Source: Raillietiella orientalis | Lineage: Eukaryota | Assembly: GCA_036172245.1 (NCBI GenBank) | Contig: JAYWIR010000012.1 | Coordinates: 1,922,001-1,986,000, forward strand | Length of the DNA stretch: 64,000 nucleotides | Direction: 5' to 3' | Notes under the pieces: generated by a model | Seen by the model: the letters and a program-made list of their open reading frames with translations, nothing else | Databases searched by the model: none | Told to the model about the DNA's origin: nothing | Shown: positions 12,301-24,449 of the stretch, in pieces | Numbering within the stretch: the stretch's first letter is position 1 | Layout of the letters: the number at the start of each line of letters is the position of its first letter | Translations under genes and position numbers: made by a program

Positions 12301-14849
12301 TTCACACGGCTCCCGTTTGGCTTGCGAAGTGTTCTTTAAGTGCTGCCCTACCTCTGCTGCAGAGACTTAGTCACAAATCCGTGTAACATTTCTTGGATGT
12401 GGAGGTCGTGGAAGCCGTTTCAGCAAGAAGGGTTGCCAATTCGTTGGGTCTCGAATTTGCTGAGAGATTTTCCAAGTTCTTTCTTTTTCGCAAGTCGCGT
12501 GGCTTTCTTCACCAAAATTTCTGGCACCAAAGCGCTCGGTGCGATCCTCATGAATCCAAGCTTCCGGTCTGCCTTCTTGGGTGCACTGGAGAAGTCAAAA
12601 TGAAAGATGGGGAAGGGCAGTTTGCAAGTTTTTTTTCTTCATTTGACCTGGTTCCTGTGGTCTGGAACGAATAGGTCCGGGATTCAGATTTACTGCCGCC
12701 TCTGCACCACGCCGAAGGTGCGGAAGGCCAAAACTCGCATTGCCCCTACTTGGCTTTCGTGATCCGCTTTCGAGTCTCGGTGTGGCGATGTTCCTGGGTT
12801 GTGGACGGTTGTGATCTTTGCTTGCCACAGCACTCAATGTTTTTTCCCGTATTTCCATTTCCAGGTGCGCTTTGTTTAGTGGAGCTTTTTTTTCTTTTTC
12901 CAGTCGCAGCAAGGTTTCCGGGCTCTTGGTGTAGATGCACCCTCGTAGGTGAAAGGTTTCGTGGTTCTGCTTTCTTCCACCCTACAGTGCCGTCGAATGC
13001 GTCGAGTTGGCACCACTGTATGCTGGCTGGGTGATCGCCTTGGCTCCACTTGCTGGAGGTGTAGAGCACCGCACGGTCGAGTCGTGCATCCCTGTTGTAT
13101 CGTGGGATTTGCGTTTGCATGGCTGCATCAGTGGGTATGGTGTTGCCCCGGTGACATAGCACGTTGAGACCTGCATTCCTGTGCGTGTCAGATATGGCGC
13201 ACGTATTGATCAGTCCGGAGGTCTGACCTTGGTGGTGCACATGTAGGAAAGGGGATAAGTATAAATGTGGGTTCGGTGAGGTTGCGATTTCAGTAGCGTG
13301 CCGCCGCTCCGAAAGGGAAGTGTCTGTGCCGACTGCTCTCCCGGAACGTCGCAAATGAGGCGTGGGCGTTTGTGCAGCGGTCGGCGTCGTGCGAGGTGTC
13401 GCGTTAGGCACGGAAGGCGGACTGCGAGTCCACCTAAGGCGTTCGCGTCTCGTCGTCTGCCTGGTTCGACCGTTGCCAGGCTCGCGGTTTGCAATCCAGC
13501 TGAACCTTCCTCGAAGCGCTGCCGACAGCTCCTGATTGAGTCCCGTCTTTGCTGTTTCACACGTTGCTTTCGTGGTGGACTGTCACTAGGGAGGTGGTCG
13601 GATGATTTGACAAAGGGGGATTCTTCCCCATTTTTTTCATCTCCTCCGGAGAGTGGCAGGCCATGGTTAGCCTCTAGGGGAGCGACCGACGGACCCCGCC
13701 AGCCATCTCGGGAAGTGGAGTCCCAGGAGGGGGGGGATCGGTCTGCCCCATCCGGGAAGGAAGTCCGGAACTGCGGCCCTGAGAACCGGAGACCCCTCGC
13801 GGTCAAAATCGGACCGTCTCCTCCCTTTCCCGAACTCCCAGAGGGGGACACCTGGGAACGGAGAGGACGGCCGGAGGAGTCCAACTGGACGATGACTCGT
13901 GGGTGCGGCGTCTGCGACTACTCACGTGTCTCTTCCACCGCAGGCGGCTGCCAAGCGGCGGCCTCGTGTGTGTCAGAAGTCCAGCAGGTTTCGCCGCAGA
14001 AGGGGCGTCTGCGGCGTGCATCTTTCTTGACGGCCTCTGCCTCTCGTCGGTGACCGCGTCTGGTCCGCGACCTCTGGGGGAGCGCGCCCCTCTCCTCCTG
14101 GGGAGATCGACCTCCGAGCGCGCGGCAACGCAGGTTCGCCGCCGTCCGCTGCCCTCCGGGAGGTCCCGCCACCCGGAGCCTGCCGGGGGTGATGCAGGCG
14201 GCCAGTTCTTTCCTGCTCCAGCCCGATGCCTTCGCGACCCTCCTTCGGGACAGGCGGTGGGACGTGGCAGCGGGAGGAACTACTGACACGATACGTGAGG
14301 AAGGAAGAAGTGAACCCAGGAAGGAAGGAGAGGGGGGAGGGAGGAATGTTTCTTTCTCCTCTCCACCTTGCCGCTTCAATGGGGAGGTGGAAAGGGGAGG
14401 AGAATGATCGCACGCGCACTATTGGTTGCCCGTGGCGGGGTCTCCAAGAAGACCCCGAAAGCACGAGATATACGGGATGTGCTGGAGCGTCCGTTTCTTC
14501 TGCCAACCCCCCTGACCTCAGGAGGAGGGCAAAGAGTGCAAAACACAGGATGGGAGGGTGCAGTCCCCAGACTACGGGATCCTGGGGGGAAGACCTGGAA
14601 AGCTCGCCTGAGGGTACCCAGGAGAGAACTCGCTCCCCTCCCTCCACCTGCCTCTGCGAAGACTGAGGCGCTTTCCCTCAACGCCTGCGTGTTTCACCAC
14701 CCCCTTCTGTTTTAGGGGACAAGGCAGCTGCGGTGCACCCGAGGCGGGTCGCAGGCCGCTCCGCGCGACTCCAGCGCCCCCTGCTGGAGGCGGTGTTTGC
14801 CGCCGCCGCAGTCTGCGTGCTCTGCTGGAGGAGGAGGAGGACATCCTGA
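9177..14849 (+). CDS. dpr: Dpr (defective proboscis extension response)/zwei-Ig-like two-Ig-domain cell-surface protein; 5' exon not found. Exons 9177-9331, 10003-10164, 10519-10653, 10704(or 10710)-10935, 14716-14849
   Basis: GT-AG, phase-consistent splicing gives TAVKGGSVLLKC..DKQ|VSWIRKADLHVLSAGYDTFTNDERF..WTMLIRFLNESDSGEYECQ|V..VPKAEILGSKEFHVDSGSTLILKCVV..HWSRDG..RGGVSVVTE..SLLSLRNVQPNDTGSYSC..V.VFISE|GDKAAAV plus a hydrophobic tail. These are diagnostic Dpr-family motifs; the paralog cannot be assigned. Confidence 0.88.
10003..10164 (+). CDS. dpr: Dpr-like exon (Ig1 core)
   Basis: cttccag|GTT...CAG|gtaatg; VSWIRKADLHVLSAG..DSGEYECQ. Confidence 0.92.
10519..10653 (+). CDS. dpr: Dpr-like exon (Ig1 end / Ig2 start)
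   Basis: cccccag|GTC...AGG|gtaaca; VPKAEILGSKEFHVDSGSTLILKCVVKR. Confidence 0.9.
10704..10935 (+). CDS. dpr: Dpr-like exon (Ig2 core); in-frame acceptor at 10704 or 10710
   Basis: HWSRDG..RGGVSVVTE..DTGSYSC; donor G|gtgagt. Confidence 0.88.
11450..13450 (-). mobile_element. Decayed non-LTR retrotransposon (EN/RT relics) in the last Dpr intron
   Basis: G/T-rich + strand; - strand relics RLDR..SQGDHPASI (~SDH.PI), GWKKAE (~W.FKKA), MLGYRPTSS (~Q.GFR..ST) in the expected order. Confidence 0.4.
14716..14849 (+). CDS. dpr: Dpr-like terminal exon (membrane anchor)
   Basis: Phase-1 acceptor ttctgttttag|GG gives GDKAAAVHPRRVAGRSARLQRPLLEAVFAAAAVCVLCWRRRRTS*, matching the G(D/E).PAA + hydrophobic tail typical of Dprs. 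Confidence 0.75.
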
Positions 14850-15216
14850 AGAGAATCTGTGCCTTCGAGCCTCTCGTCTGTGATACGAAGGATCGCTCCC
14901 GGGGGAACGGGGAGGGGGGAGGCTCACATCGCTCCGCTTCCCCGGACGATGCGCAGAAAGGGAAACTCCCCTCACCCTTCTTCCTCCATTCGTCCGCGTC
15001 GGCAGCTGCAGGCCGGACGTGTGCGCACCCAGGAAGGACCTCTGTCCTAATCGCTGATGCAGCAGGATTCGCGCGCAGCCCGGGAAAGCGAGCGACCTGG
15101 GGCTGGCAGCAGGGAAGCGGTGGAAGAGTCACGACAGCGTCTCCGGGAGTGGGAGAAAACGACTTTCGTTTGTCCCACTTGTTGTTTGTCTTTCCCTTAT
15201 TCTCCTTTTCCTTCAA

Positions 15217-15222
15217 AATAAA
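15217..15222 (+). terminator. Candidate polyadenylation signal of the Dpr-like gene
   Basis: AATAAA ~370 nt downstream of the stop codon, in otherwise GC-rich sequence. Confidence 0.4.
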
Positions 15223-15949
15223 GCAGCCTGGGCCGAGATTCTGGAGCATCCATGTCTTGTGACGTCAACCTGGCGCTCGACACCCGAGAAACGGTTACTC
15301 CTTCTTCCCTTCCAAACTCCTCCGACGCTCCTTGACTTGCGATCCGCACAGACGGATGGAGATCCTTTAAGTTTTTCCCGGACATCAGTATGGACGACAC
15401 AAGCTACGCAGCAGCGATCGTTTCGGCTTGTTTTTCCCCCGTCTCCCTCTCTTTCCCTCCCTCCCCGGAAGCCTCGTCCTGCGTGCCCCAGCATTCAGAA
15501 CAGCTTGGAGCTAACGCCTTGCCGGACGCACAGCACTCGCACCTGTTGCATCCCGCTCCTCTTGGCGTTCGAAAGCGAAAGTCACGAGCCACCTGGACTT
15601 TGGGAAAGCACCATCACGGGTTGAGAGGATCGCTGGTGGCAACCTCGCCAGCTAAACGAGATCTGGGAGGTTTCGTATTTCAATCAAGAGGGAAACTCGA
15701 CTTTTCCGGTCCACGCCGCCATGCTGCCGGCCTCCCAGTGAACCGACGCTAACGACTCTTCGAGCCCGACTTTCAAATGCGTCGGATGTTGGGGGTCGCA
15801 AGATCGGGCGAAGGAACCTCGAAAGCTGTGAAAGCCGCCCATCGTTCCAACTGGTTTCTAATCTTCACCAGTGTCAAAGCACACTTGTCATCAAAAAACA
15901 AATTTCAAGCCCAGGAATTTTACCTTTTTTCTTTCTCCTTTTTTTTTTT

Positions 15950-17050
15950 TACTACAATCGCTGTTGTCCCCGAGGCCGACAAGCGGCGGGTTGAATTTAT
16001 TTAAAAACAACTGGTAAACATAACAACAACTACTCGATCACAACAGACACGATCTTTATCATCCAAACTTTGTTTTCCACTGCGCTGGGCGCCGCTGTTC
16101 CAAGTCAAGCTCGGATTTGGTCACTGGGTCACTGGGTTCTGTTCACTAGGGAACTGGGGGCGTTCTGTTCACCTGGGCAGCATCTTCCATCCTTCTCGAG
16201 ATGCGTCCAGGCCGGGATTCGGCCACAGTTCCAGCTGCCAATCTCCTGCGTGATTCCTTGCACCACCACCACTGCTTACCACTGAGAGGAACTTTGCATT
16301 TCTGTTTCCTTGCAGGCTGGAGGGGGAGGTGGGGGGTATTCTGTTTCCGTTCGAGGGAAACTCCAGATCCGACCATCTGACGTTGGCGCGCGCGCCAGCA
16401 TTGTTCGAGACAGAAGTGCAGTCGTAGTTCGTTCGAGGAGGAAGCTCGCACGATCCTTCCGCCGTCCGAATCGCTCCGTCGCCATGCGTCCTTTTCTTCC
16501 CCCTATGTATTAATCTCTTTCCTGGACAAGATGCCGGAAAAGAAGTTCCCTGTAAATCGAAGCAGTCATGAGAATTATTAGCATTTATTGGGAAACTTTT
16601 TCGCACCAAACTGCTGGGAGCCGGAAGAAGTTCCACGATCAATTTCATAATACGTCAGCAATAAGGAAGTTGCCGTTGAGGGTAGCCGCGGATGCAGGCG
16701 GCCGGGAAGGCCTTCCATCGTTGCGGCAGATAAATAAACGCGCCCAGTGTTTTCCATATACTAGATTTCGACCAGTGATTAACTCGCGCGGCTGCAAGCG
16801 AGAAGACCAACCGCATCGTCTGCGCATGCTCTCGCAAAGCATATCTGGCGACTCGGTTATTTTTCATCCGGAAATCTCTCCCCTCCCCCCCTCTCCTTCC
16901 TACCATCCTTTCCGCGAAGTTCATAAATCGCCGATTCGTCATCGATCATGACGATCTTTGCGAGAGGCAGATGAAACTCATCGGAGAACACGGGCAAAGA
17001 TTTACACCGGCGAGAGCATCTTCCCTCGCTGCATCATGACGGGAGAGAGA
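15950..17050 (-). mobile_element. Decayed non-LTR reverse transcriptase
   Basis: Colinear relics on -: SPMSFICLSQ..MTNRRFMNFAE (~RPISLTSC..MVN.RL..LE), CFDLQGTSF (~FLDL.KAF), NHAGDWQLELW (~YADDI.LW). Confidence 0.45.
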
Positions 17051-17999
17051 CGCACGAGGATGGCACAGGGAGGTGCAAGGAGAGCATCCGTCCCGGGAGA
17101 TGATGAGACGCGAGAATCTCGAGACGGTTCCTCTCCGCGTCGAGAGCGCAGTTCCCGGGCGTTGCCGGACGACAGCGCGATGTTTCATTCATGAGGCTTG
17201 CGGATGGACGTGGCTAGGGAGGCGCGGAGGAGAGGTCTCCAGGGCAACGCGGTGAGAGAGAGGCATCCGGCGCGCATCAGAGATAACAAGGATTTATGGG
17301 AATCCAAATTTCCCCCTGCAAATGCGAACAGATGGGAGGAGGCCGCCAGGACGGGTGGGTTCGGGGTCGAGCAGCTGCAGAGGAAGAGGAGGTGTCGCCG
17401 CAGTCCAGACCGGTGAACGCTGCAGGAGCTCGCGAGCATCTCGAGGGTGCCTGGTCCATCCATCTCTCCCACCCTCTTTCCTGCTTGTCCTCCGGAGTTT
17501 CCACGAACGGATGTGCTTCCAGGAAGGTTTCGGCTCGGGGGCGCCGGTCAATTTCCGGTGCTTCCAAAAGGTAGTGAAGAGGAAACCCTTGCCTTGCGGG
17601 ACTTCGACCCGGTCGCCCGAGCAGTGGACGTACTTCCTGCTTCAGCCTGGGGGTCCCGCACTCCCGAACCCCCGGAGCGTCGCAGGCGGGGGATCTTGTC
17701 TCTGCGCTGGAGCCCGAGGTCACGGACAACGTCTGAAGAGCTCTAGCAGGGCAAGATCAGTGGCGAACCGGGCGGCCTCGGAACCAGCAACTGGAGACGA
17801 GGTTCGCATGGGGATGCAGCCCCTGAAGGGACCTTACGAGATGAGGGACGCAGCAGTTTCGAAAAAAAAGGCCTCAGGTCGCCAAAGACACCTCCCTTTC
17901 CCACGGGACCTCTGAAGACAGGTGCCCTCTGCTGACCTGGCAAACCGGACGACGGAAAAAAGCGCCCGAAGGAAGTCTGGGGATGGGCGCCGCCGAAAG

Positions 18000-18630
18000 A
18001 ACGAGTGCTGCAGATCGGTGGAGCTTCTGGGACTGAAGAGAAACTCAAGTCACATGACAGCGTTGGCCATTGCGCGGCACCTGGCGTCGCAGGTTTAAAT
18101 CCTGCCCGGGGAAAGGTCGACTCCGAGAAATGAGCGCGTCGTGGGTTTCGAGTCTCCCTCCCGCAGGATGGCGCTGATTGATCTATATTCGGTTGCGGCA
18201 CTGTTGGAAGCTGGGGTACCCCGCTGACTGAACCAGGTTGGTAGTTGACCCTCCAGGGTCCTTCCGAGAAATCGAGGAGCTCCTGGGAGGTTTTCCCCTC
18301 CGGTTGTGAAAATGGATCCATGATACCACGAGCTGGTTGATACCTCCCTCGAGGCATTGCCTCTCCAGAGTGTAAGAAGCACTCCGTTCCCTATAGCGAA
18401 ATTTGGAAGCGTCCCTTTGGGGTTCCCTCCGAAGAAGAAACAATGGGGCGGCCCCCACAGACCGGGAGATCCCTCTGGAGAGAACAAGGAAGATGTTCTT
18501 CTCTTTGAGCTTCCTTCCGGAGACAACCAGGGAGAGACTTTCCTTCGGGGTTTTCCTACTGATTGTGAAGAGGCATGGACTCCTTCCTCCATAGCCTTCC
18601 TGGATTTATAGGGTGGAAAGTTGCACGTGC
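18000..18630. repeat. Dispersed repeat copy 1 (direct match to 57560-58325); probably part of the GC-rich L1/Tx1-like family
   Basis: Shared blocks gtttcgagtc(t)ccctccc.gcaggatg, agttgaccctcc.gggtccttc, ctctccagagtgt, ggagagaacaaggaaga.gttctt. Confidence 0.8.
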
Positions 18631-19828
18631 TCTCTGGTGGTGTGGATGGTGTTGAAGAGCTTTGTGACCCTCCCCCCTTTCCCGAGGAGACCAATGGTTC
18701 TCCAGCACTCCTTGGGAACCAAAAAAAAAAGAGAAACTCCAGGGTGACTCAGCCGCCGAGGGACCGATCGTTCGTGGAGGAACGGGGGAGGAGAATTCTG
18801 GGGTGAGTTCGACGGAAATGGTACGGGAAAGAAGAAAGCAAAATCCCAGATGGCGTGGAGGAGGAGGCATCGAAAATCCTCCGGGATTGCGCGCCTCCGT
18901 GCCAGGGGGACTCGTCGCTAATCGACGCAGGAGACGTCGCCGTGGACCGTCTCTTCAAGAGGCGCGCCCTTCCCCCAGAATTTTCGTTCCCTTCCTCCTG
19001 GAGGACCCCGTTGATGCTTTAGGAGGCTCGCATCCTTTCCTCCCTTTTGGAGCCACGCTCCATTAACCCTTCGAGTTGCTGACGCGGTGTCCCCGATTGG
19101 TCGCCGCTGCCGTTGCTTCACACAGATTAATCGACCATTGCCGGGCCAACAGGCGATCTTTCTTCTTCCTTGTTGTTGTTGCCCCTGATGCTGCCTTTTT
19201 ATGCGTTCTTTTGATGCTCTTCCTCCCCGATCCTCCCCAACTCTCCACACGCACTCCTGCTCGGCTTGCACCCTGTCGGTTCCCCGTGGAGCTCCCGGGG
19301 GACCTCGGCCTGCCAGCAGAACCGGGACGAGGAGGGTGCCGCTGCCGCGCTGCCGACCTCCGCTGCTCTGTCGGCTGTCGGTGGCACCGTCGTGCTGGTT
19401 CTGCAGAGAGTCTCGGTGTGGCTGCTCCGTGATCTCATGCCCACCTTCCGTAGGGTCCATTGCGCCCTCGTCCTTCCTTTACGCCTCTGGGGAAGCCCAC
19501 ATGACTCTCGAGAAATTCCAATCTTCGGAAGCCGCGTAGGGATGGAGGGGGAGGAAGGATGGTCGGTGGCAGAGGGCTTCGAAAAAGACATAGGTCGGGG
19601 AGGGTCAAGAAGCCAGGGAGGTGGAGCTGATCGGACCGCGGAAGGACCAACAGGGTCACGGGAAGAGGGAAGGAGCGCCCTGGGGCGAAGGAGGGGCGAA
19701 GGAAGGGGCTTCGACGAAAAGCGCGGGCGGAACGGGACCCTCGTCCTCCCGTCCGCGACCTAAGGAGGACCTCGTAAACCCTTCCCGCCGGCGTCCCGGG
19801 CCGAGGCCTGGAATGCCTCCTCCGTGCC

Positions 19829-19858
19829 TGCGGGAGTTTCCTTAAGGAAACTCCCGCA
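19829..19858. repeat. Perfect 30-bp palindrome centred on TTAA
   Basis: tgcgggagtttcctt|aaggaaactcccgca; aaactcccgc is tandemly repeated at 19848-19867. Confidence 0.95.
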
Positions 19859-22800
19859 AACTCCCGCGAAGGTCATGCACTGGCGTCGGGGCGCGCGCGT
19901 CTTCTTCACCGGGAGGAAGGGGAGGGGGAGGGAGAGAGAGCAGGTAGTCATGGGTACGGCGGCTCTCTCCCTCAGGACAACGCGCCTGTCTGTGACTGTT
20001 ACCACCTCCGGGACCTTCGCTCCCGGTCTGGAAGGCCCCACGCGTCTACTCCCTGGATCTCAGCGGGTGGAGGGGTATCCGTCCGGGTTGAGAGACGGTG
20101 CAACCCTCTTCCAGGACCCCAAAGTTCCTCCTGCTGTGGCCTCCTGCCCATGCGAGGGAACCAGCGCGGTATCGAGGCAGTGTCTACGGTCCCGGCGGCT
20201 GCCTTTCCATGTGAAGTTCCCTGAGGACAGCGACTTGTTGAGGATCTCCCTCCTGAACCGCTTTCCTGGTGGATCCTGCAGGCCCTGTGGAACAATGAGA
20301 AGACGCCTCTCTCTCTGCTTCTCGGGCCAACTGGGAAAGAAAGGAGAAAACCAGATGAGTTTCCATCTCGTATCAGGATGCGGCAGGAGGGTTTCCTCCT
20401 TTTCGCTGCCCGCAGATCCTTCCCGGGCTCCTTCCCCCCTAGGAGTGCCGAACTCTGTTGTTTCCACCGCCCCTTCCCTGCCGCTCCTCCCGGAGGGCGC
20501 GCGCAGGTCCCGACTTTCAGGGAAAATGTCTTTGCCTCCAGTGCTGGAGCATCTCCAGGAAAGGATGGTTTCAGAGCTCCGACAGCTACTTTGAGCGTGG
20601 GTGTGTTCCTGCACCCGTCCTTCCTCTCTCCCGGAGCAAGCGCATCGCGAGCTTTATGAGTTCTTTCCTCTTCCGACAAAGCGGGGGACTTTGGGTGTGG
20701 TCCTCCCCCACACGAAAGTAGGGCGGGGCGAGGAGGTCGCCACTCCCCTTGCTGACCCTGGGAACAACTCCAAGAAGGAAGGGACGATGCCAAGGAACAA
20801 CAGCAGCTCCGCCTTTCTCCGAATCCCACGGCTGCCACGGAAACCTAGCGGCTTCTCCTTCCGCGAGGAAACACTGGAGATTCTCAAATCCTACCTCTTC
20901 TGTTCCTCGCCGTTGTCCCTCGTCGCATGGTGCCTCTCCCGAGGTGAGGGAACACCGCTATGCGGAATCTTCCGGTTCACCTCGGGAGAATGGCTTGACC
21001 ATTCCCTGAAGGCAGACTCCTGCTCATATCAGGGCCACACCAACCTTTCTTTGAGCCCTTCCTCTCCGGAGGTGGCGTGGGCCGTCGTGACACCCTTTTC
21101 TCCCTTCCCCTGTCTTCTGAGCTTGCGAAGAGACCGCCGACCGCTCCAGAGGGCTTCTCGGAGGAGGGCACGTGAGATGTGTGGCGTCACTTTCCTTCCG
21201 AGACGGTCAGCAAACGGCAGTGCTCTTCCGGTTGTCGCGATCCGGAAGGCGGCGCCCGCGGCCTCGGTGAATGGCGATCCACTTCCTCTCCAGCGTCGGG
21301 GGAAGAAACGAGGAAAGGTGTAAGGGCGTGACAGGCGCCCCCATCCCGGTGAAGCGTCCGCGCTCATCCTCGCTGAGGTTAACTCCTCCCGCCGGGAGAG
21401 GAGACTGGTGACAGCATCCTCATCCCCCATCGCCCGAGGGGGAAACACGAGTGCGAGGTGCCCACTGGACTCTGAGCGGATCGCTTAGGTTCGTCTGTCC
21501 GCTTCCGCTTCCGCTCTCTCCCTGAAGCAGCCGTCCAAGCAGGCAACGGTGATGCGCACGAGCAGAGACTGCTGATGCAGTCCTGGCCACTTCCCCTGCC
21601 CCTGCAGCGCACGGGTCGGTCATTCACGTAAGCGGAAGGTAGGCGAGGGATGAAAGAGTGGTGGTCCGTGCTCCCCACCCCATTCCAAACGCGGCCGGAA
21701 GACTTCCCTGCTCGGGAGATGCGCCTCTATCGGCGGGAGCTTCCCTGGCAACGCTCCATTCCTGCCCGTCCTTCTTCTTCCTCAGCTTCGTCATCAGGCG
21801 CTACAGCATCTCCCTCTTCCCCCTTCCCTCTCTTTTGCTGGCGTGCTGGGTGCCTGTGCTGAACACGGTTCCCGAGGCGACGAAGCGTGGCCTCTCAAGG
21901 TCCACCGCCGCCACCGCCGGCCTTCGATTCTGTGTGGTCTCCGTAACACCGCAGGATTCTCGGAATGTCTTGCCGCCCTTTCACCGTCCATTCCACACCG
22001 ATACTGGGATCTGGAGTGAGGCTTTCGGGGATCACAGTTCCCGCAGAGGAAGGGGCAAGGAAAGGGGGCGCCGCGGCGCTCCTCAAGGGGAAACCCGGTG
22101 CAGCAGCAGCAGCAGCAGAACGACGGCCGCCGGATCTTGGAGAGAGAGACGAACGCCTCGCTCCCTGAAGTTGCGCACCCTCAAGGGGGAAGCTCCAAAG
22201 TTCTTCGGCTGCTGCGCAGCAACTGGAGTTCCGGGAGGTGGCTGTGGTCATCTCCAGGTTCCAGCTCTGCTCCCAAGCAGACTCGCCGACGACATTCCCA
22301 AGAGCGGCTCCCGGTCGTGCAGCCGGGCGCTGGAAGCCTCCTCCCCCCTCCTCTCTCCCCGCACTCCTTTCCTGCCTCCGCAGAAGTGCTCCCCTGCTGG
22401 AGACTTCCTTCCGGCACACCCTCTTCCCCTTGCCACCCTGGTCTGGTTTTGCGCTCCGTGCTCCGCAACCCGCTCCCTGAGGAGGAGACTCCTGCTGTAG
22501 GCATGGGGGAAGAAGTGCGAGGCAAAGAGCACGGGAAGTGCGGAAAGGGACGGGTCCCGGAGTGGGGAGGAGTGGGGAGGAGGCACGGCGGTGTTTTCCA
22601 ATCCATCGATTTTCCCATTTGCTCGCGCGGAGGGCCCGCTCGTCGGAAGAGCGGCCGACGACTCCAGCACGCCCAAGAACGCGGCGGAAAAGGCGACTCG
22701 AATCTGCATGCATCTGCGTAAATTAACCCTCCCCCCCCCTCCCTTCCTCTCTCTCGCGCCGCTCGCTGCCTTTCTCGCCCGCGCGCTCTGTTCAGCAGGG

Positions 22801-24449
22801 ACGGCTCTCGCGCACTTGGAGCGGCGCGCCTAGAAAACAAGACGACCGACCACCTACCTACCCTCTCTCGCCCACGGCTACATCGTTCCCTAAAAAAACC
22901 AACAATGGGAGGCACCGTGAGACCGGAAGCGCGCGCGCGCCTCCTTTGCGAAGCTTGCGTCGCAGCCGGTGTCGGCTGCTATGAGAGCGAGAGGAGCTGC
23001 TCTGAGAACTCAGCAGCGCCTCCCGTAGGTGGAGAATGCGCGTCTCAGGGGAAGGCGGCCTCCAGGAGCCCGTGTTGCTCGCGGGCGCTCTACAAGCTCC
23101 GGTCCCGCGCGCACGCTTCCTCCTCCTCCTCTGTTTGTTTACAACAAAACAAGCAACGAAAGATTCCGAACGAATTGGCTGCTTGCCGAAGCGGGGGGGG
23201 GGGGGGGGGGGGGAACGGCTCCGTCGAATTTCGCGGAGGGCCTGCCAAATTGCGGTGGGACGCGGGGGAAATTGTTCCTCCGGGGGCTGAATCTGGCGGC
23301 GGAATCCGATCGCAGGAGCGTTCCAGAGGTTTCCGGACCCCGGATCTTGCAGAAGCTCTCTTTTCTTCCCCCTCCTCCTTCTCTTTCTCGCATCCTCGCG
23401 TGAGAGTCCGCGGTGTTCTTTGGTCGACCCCGTGAGGGTTCGCGGGACGCAGATCCGTGGGCTCAGGTTCCCGGAGAGTGCGTCTTTTGTCGAGTTGGTC
23501 GCTCGGACAGTGGTGCTGGTGGAGGTGGTGGAACGGTTGGAGGTGGGCGGGATGATTCGTGCCGATAGGAGCATCGCGAACGTGCCATAGTCCCTTTGCT
23601 CCCTTCCAAATCTTTTGTGCTCGGCCGCATGGAAAGTGTGTGGACAACGGGAGGGAATAAGGGAGCGGGAAGGGGAGCACAAGCATAAGAACCTCTACTA
23701 CCATTCCCTCCTTCCCCATGCAGGAGCGCGCGTGCTGCGTAACAACCCTCCTCATCCTCCTCGTTCACAGGGGTGTCTCCAGAGTGCGCACGCAAACTAC
23801 CGCAGGGGGAAGGGAGGGAGGGGAGAAGACGAAAGACGGCTCGCCCGAAGACGTAAAAATCGTTCCCGAGGGACCTATTTTCTCCTCTGGTCGGTCCCGC
23901 GGTAGTCGTCGGATCTTTCCGGGAGCTTCTCGAGGGTTCTCCTCAAAGAGAAAGGGGCGGGGACCGCGGGCAAGGAACAACTGGCGACCACAACAACAGC
24001 GCACGGGTACCCCGGCATTCTTCGCTCGCCTTCCCAGTGGCGGGTGCTGACTCCCCGCCCGCTCCTCCTCTTCCGCCGCCAGCGGCGCCGAGGCTGAGGG
24101 AATTCGGAGGAAGTGGCTGGCAGGCAGCAGCGTCCCGGCCATCTTGCGGGGACCTCCGTCGAGGTCTGGAGAGCGCTGGCGCTCCCCCGAGAAGAATCAG
24201 CAGGTCGACTCCGTGATGCTCATATCCGTTCCCCCTCCCTTTCTCCCCTTCGTTGGCCGTAGACTTGCCCTCCCTTCCCCACGCATGAAGGGAGGGGAGG
24301 GGAGAAGAGTCAGGGAAGGCAGCAACCGCCTCGGCACGGAGGAGAGTCGGGCTGGGACGCCATCAGTGGGAAGTCGCGACAGACAATTGGGTCGACCCTC
24401 CACTTTCCCTCCTCCTGCCGAAGACGCTTCCTCAGGAACGAGCCCGGAG

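Noticed and set aside
13944..14053. Alternative phase-1 terminal exon for the Dpr-like gene (GGCQAAASCV...)
   Set aside because: It lacks a hydrophobic anchor; 14716-14849 fits the family pattern much better.
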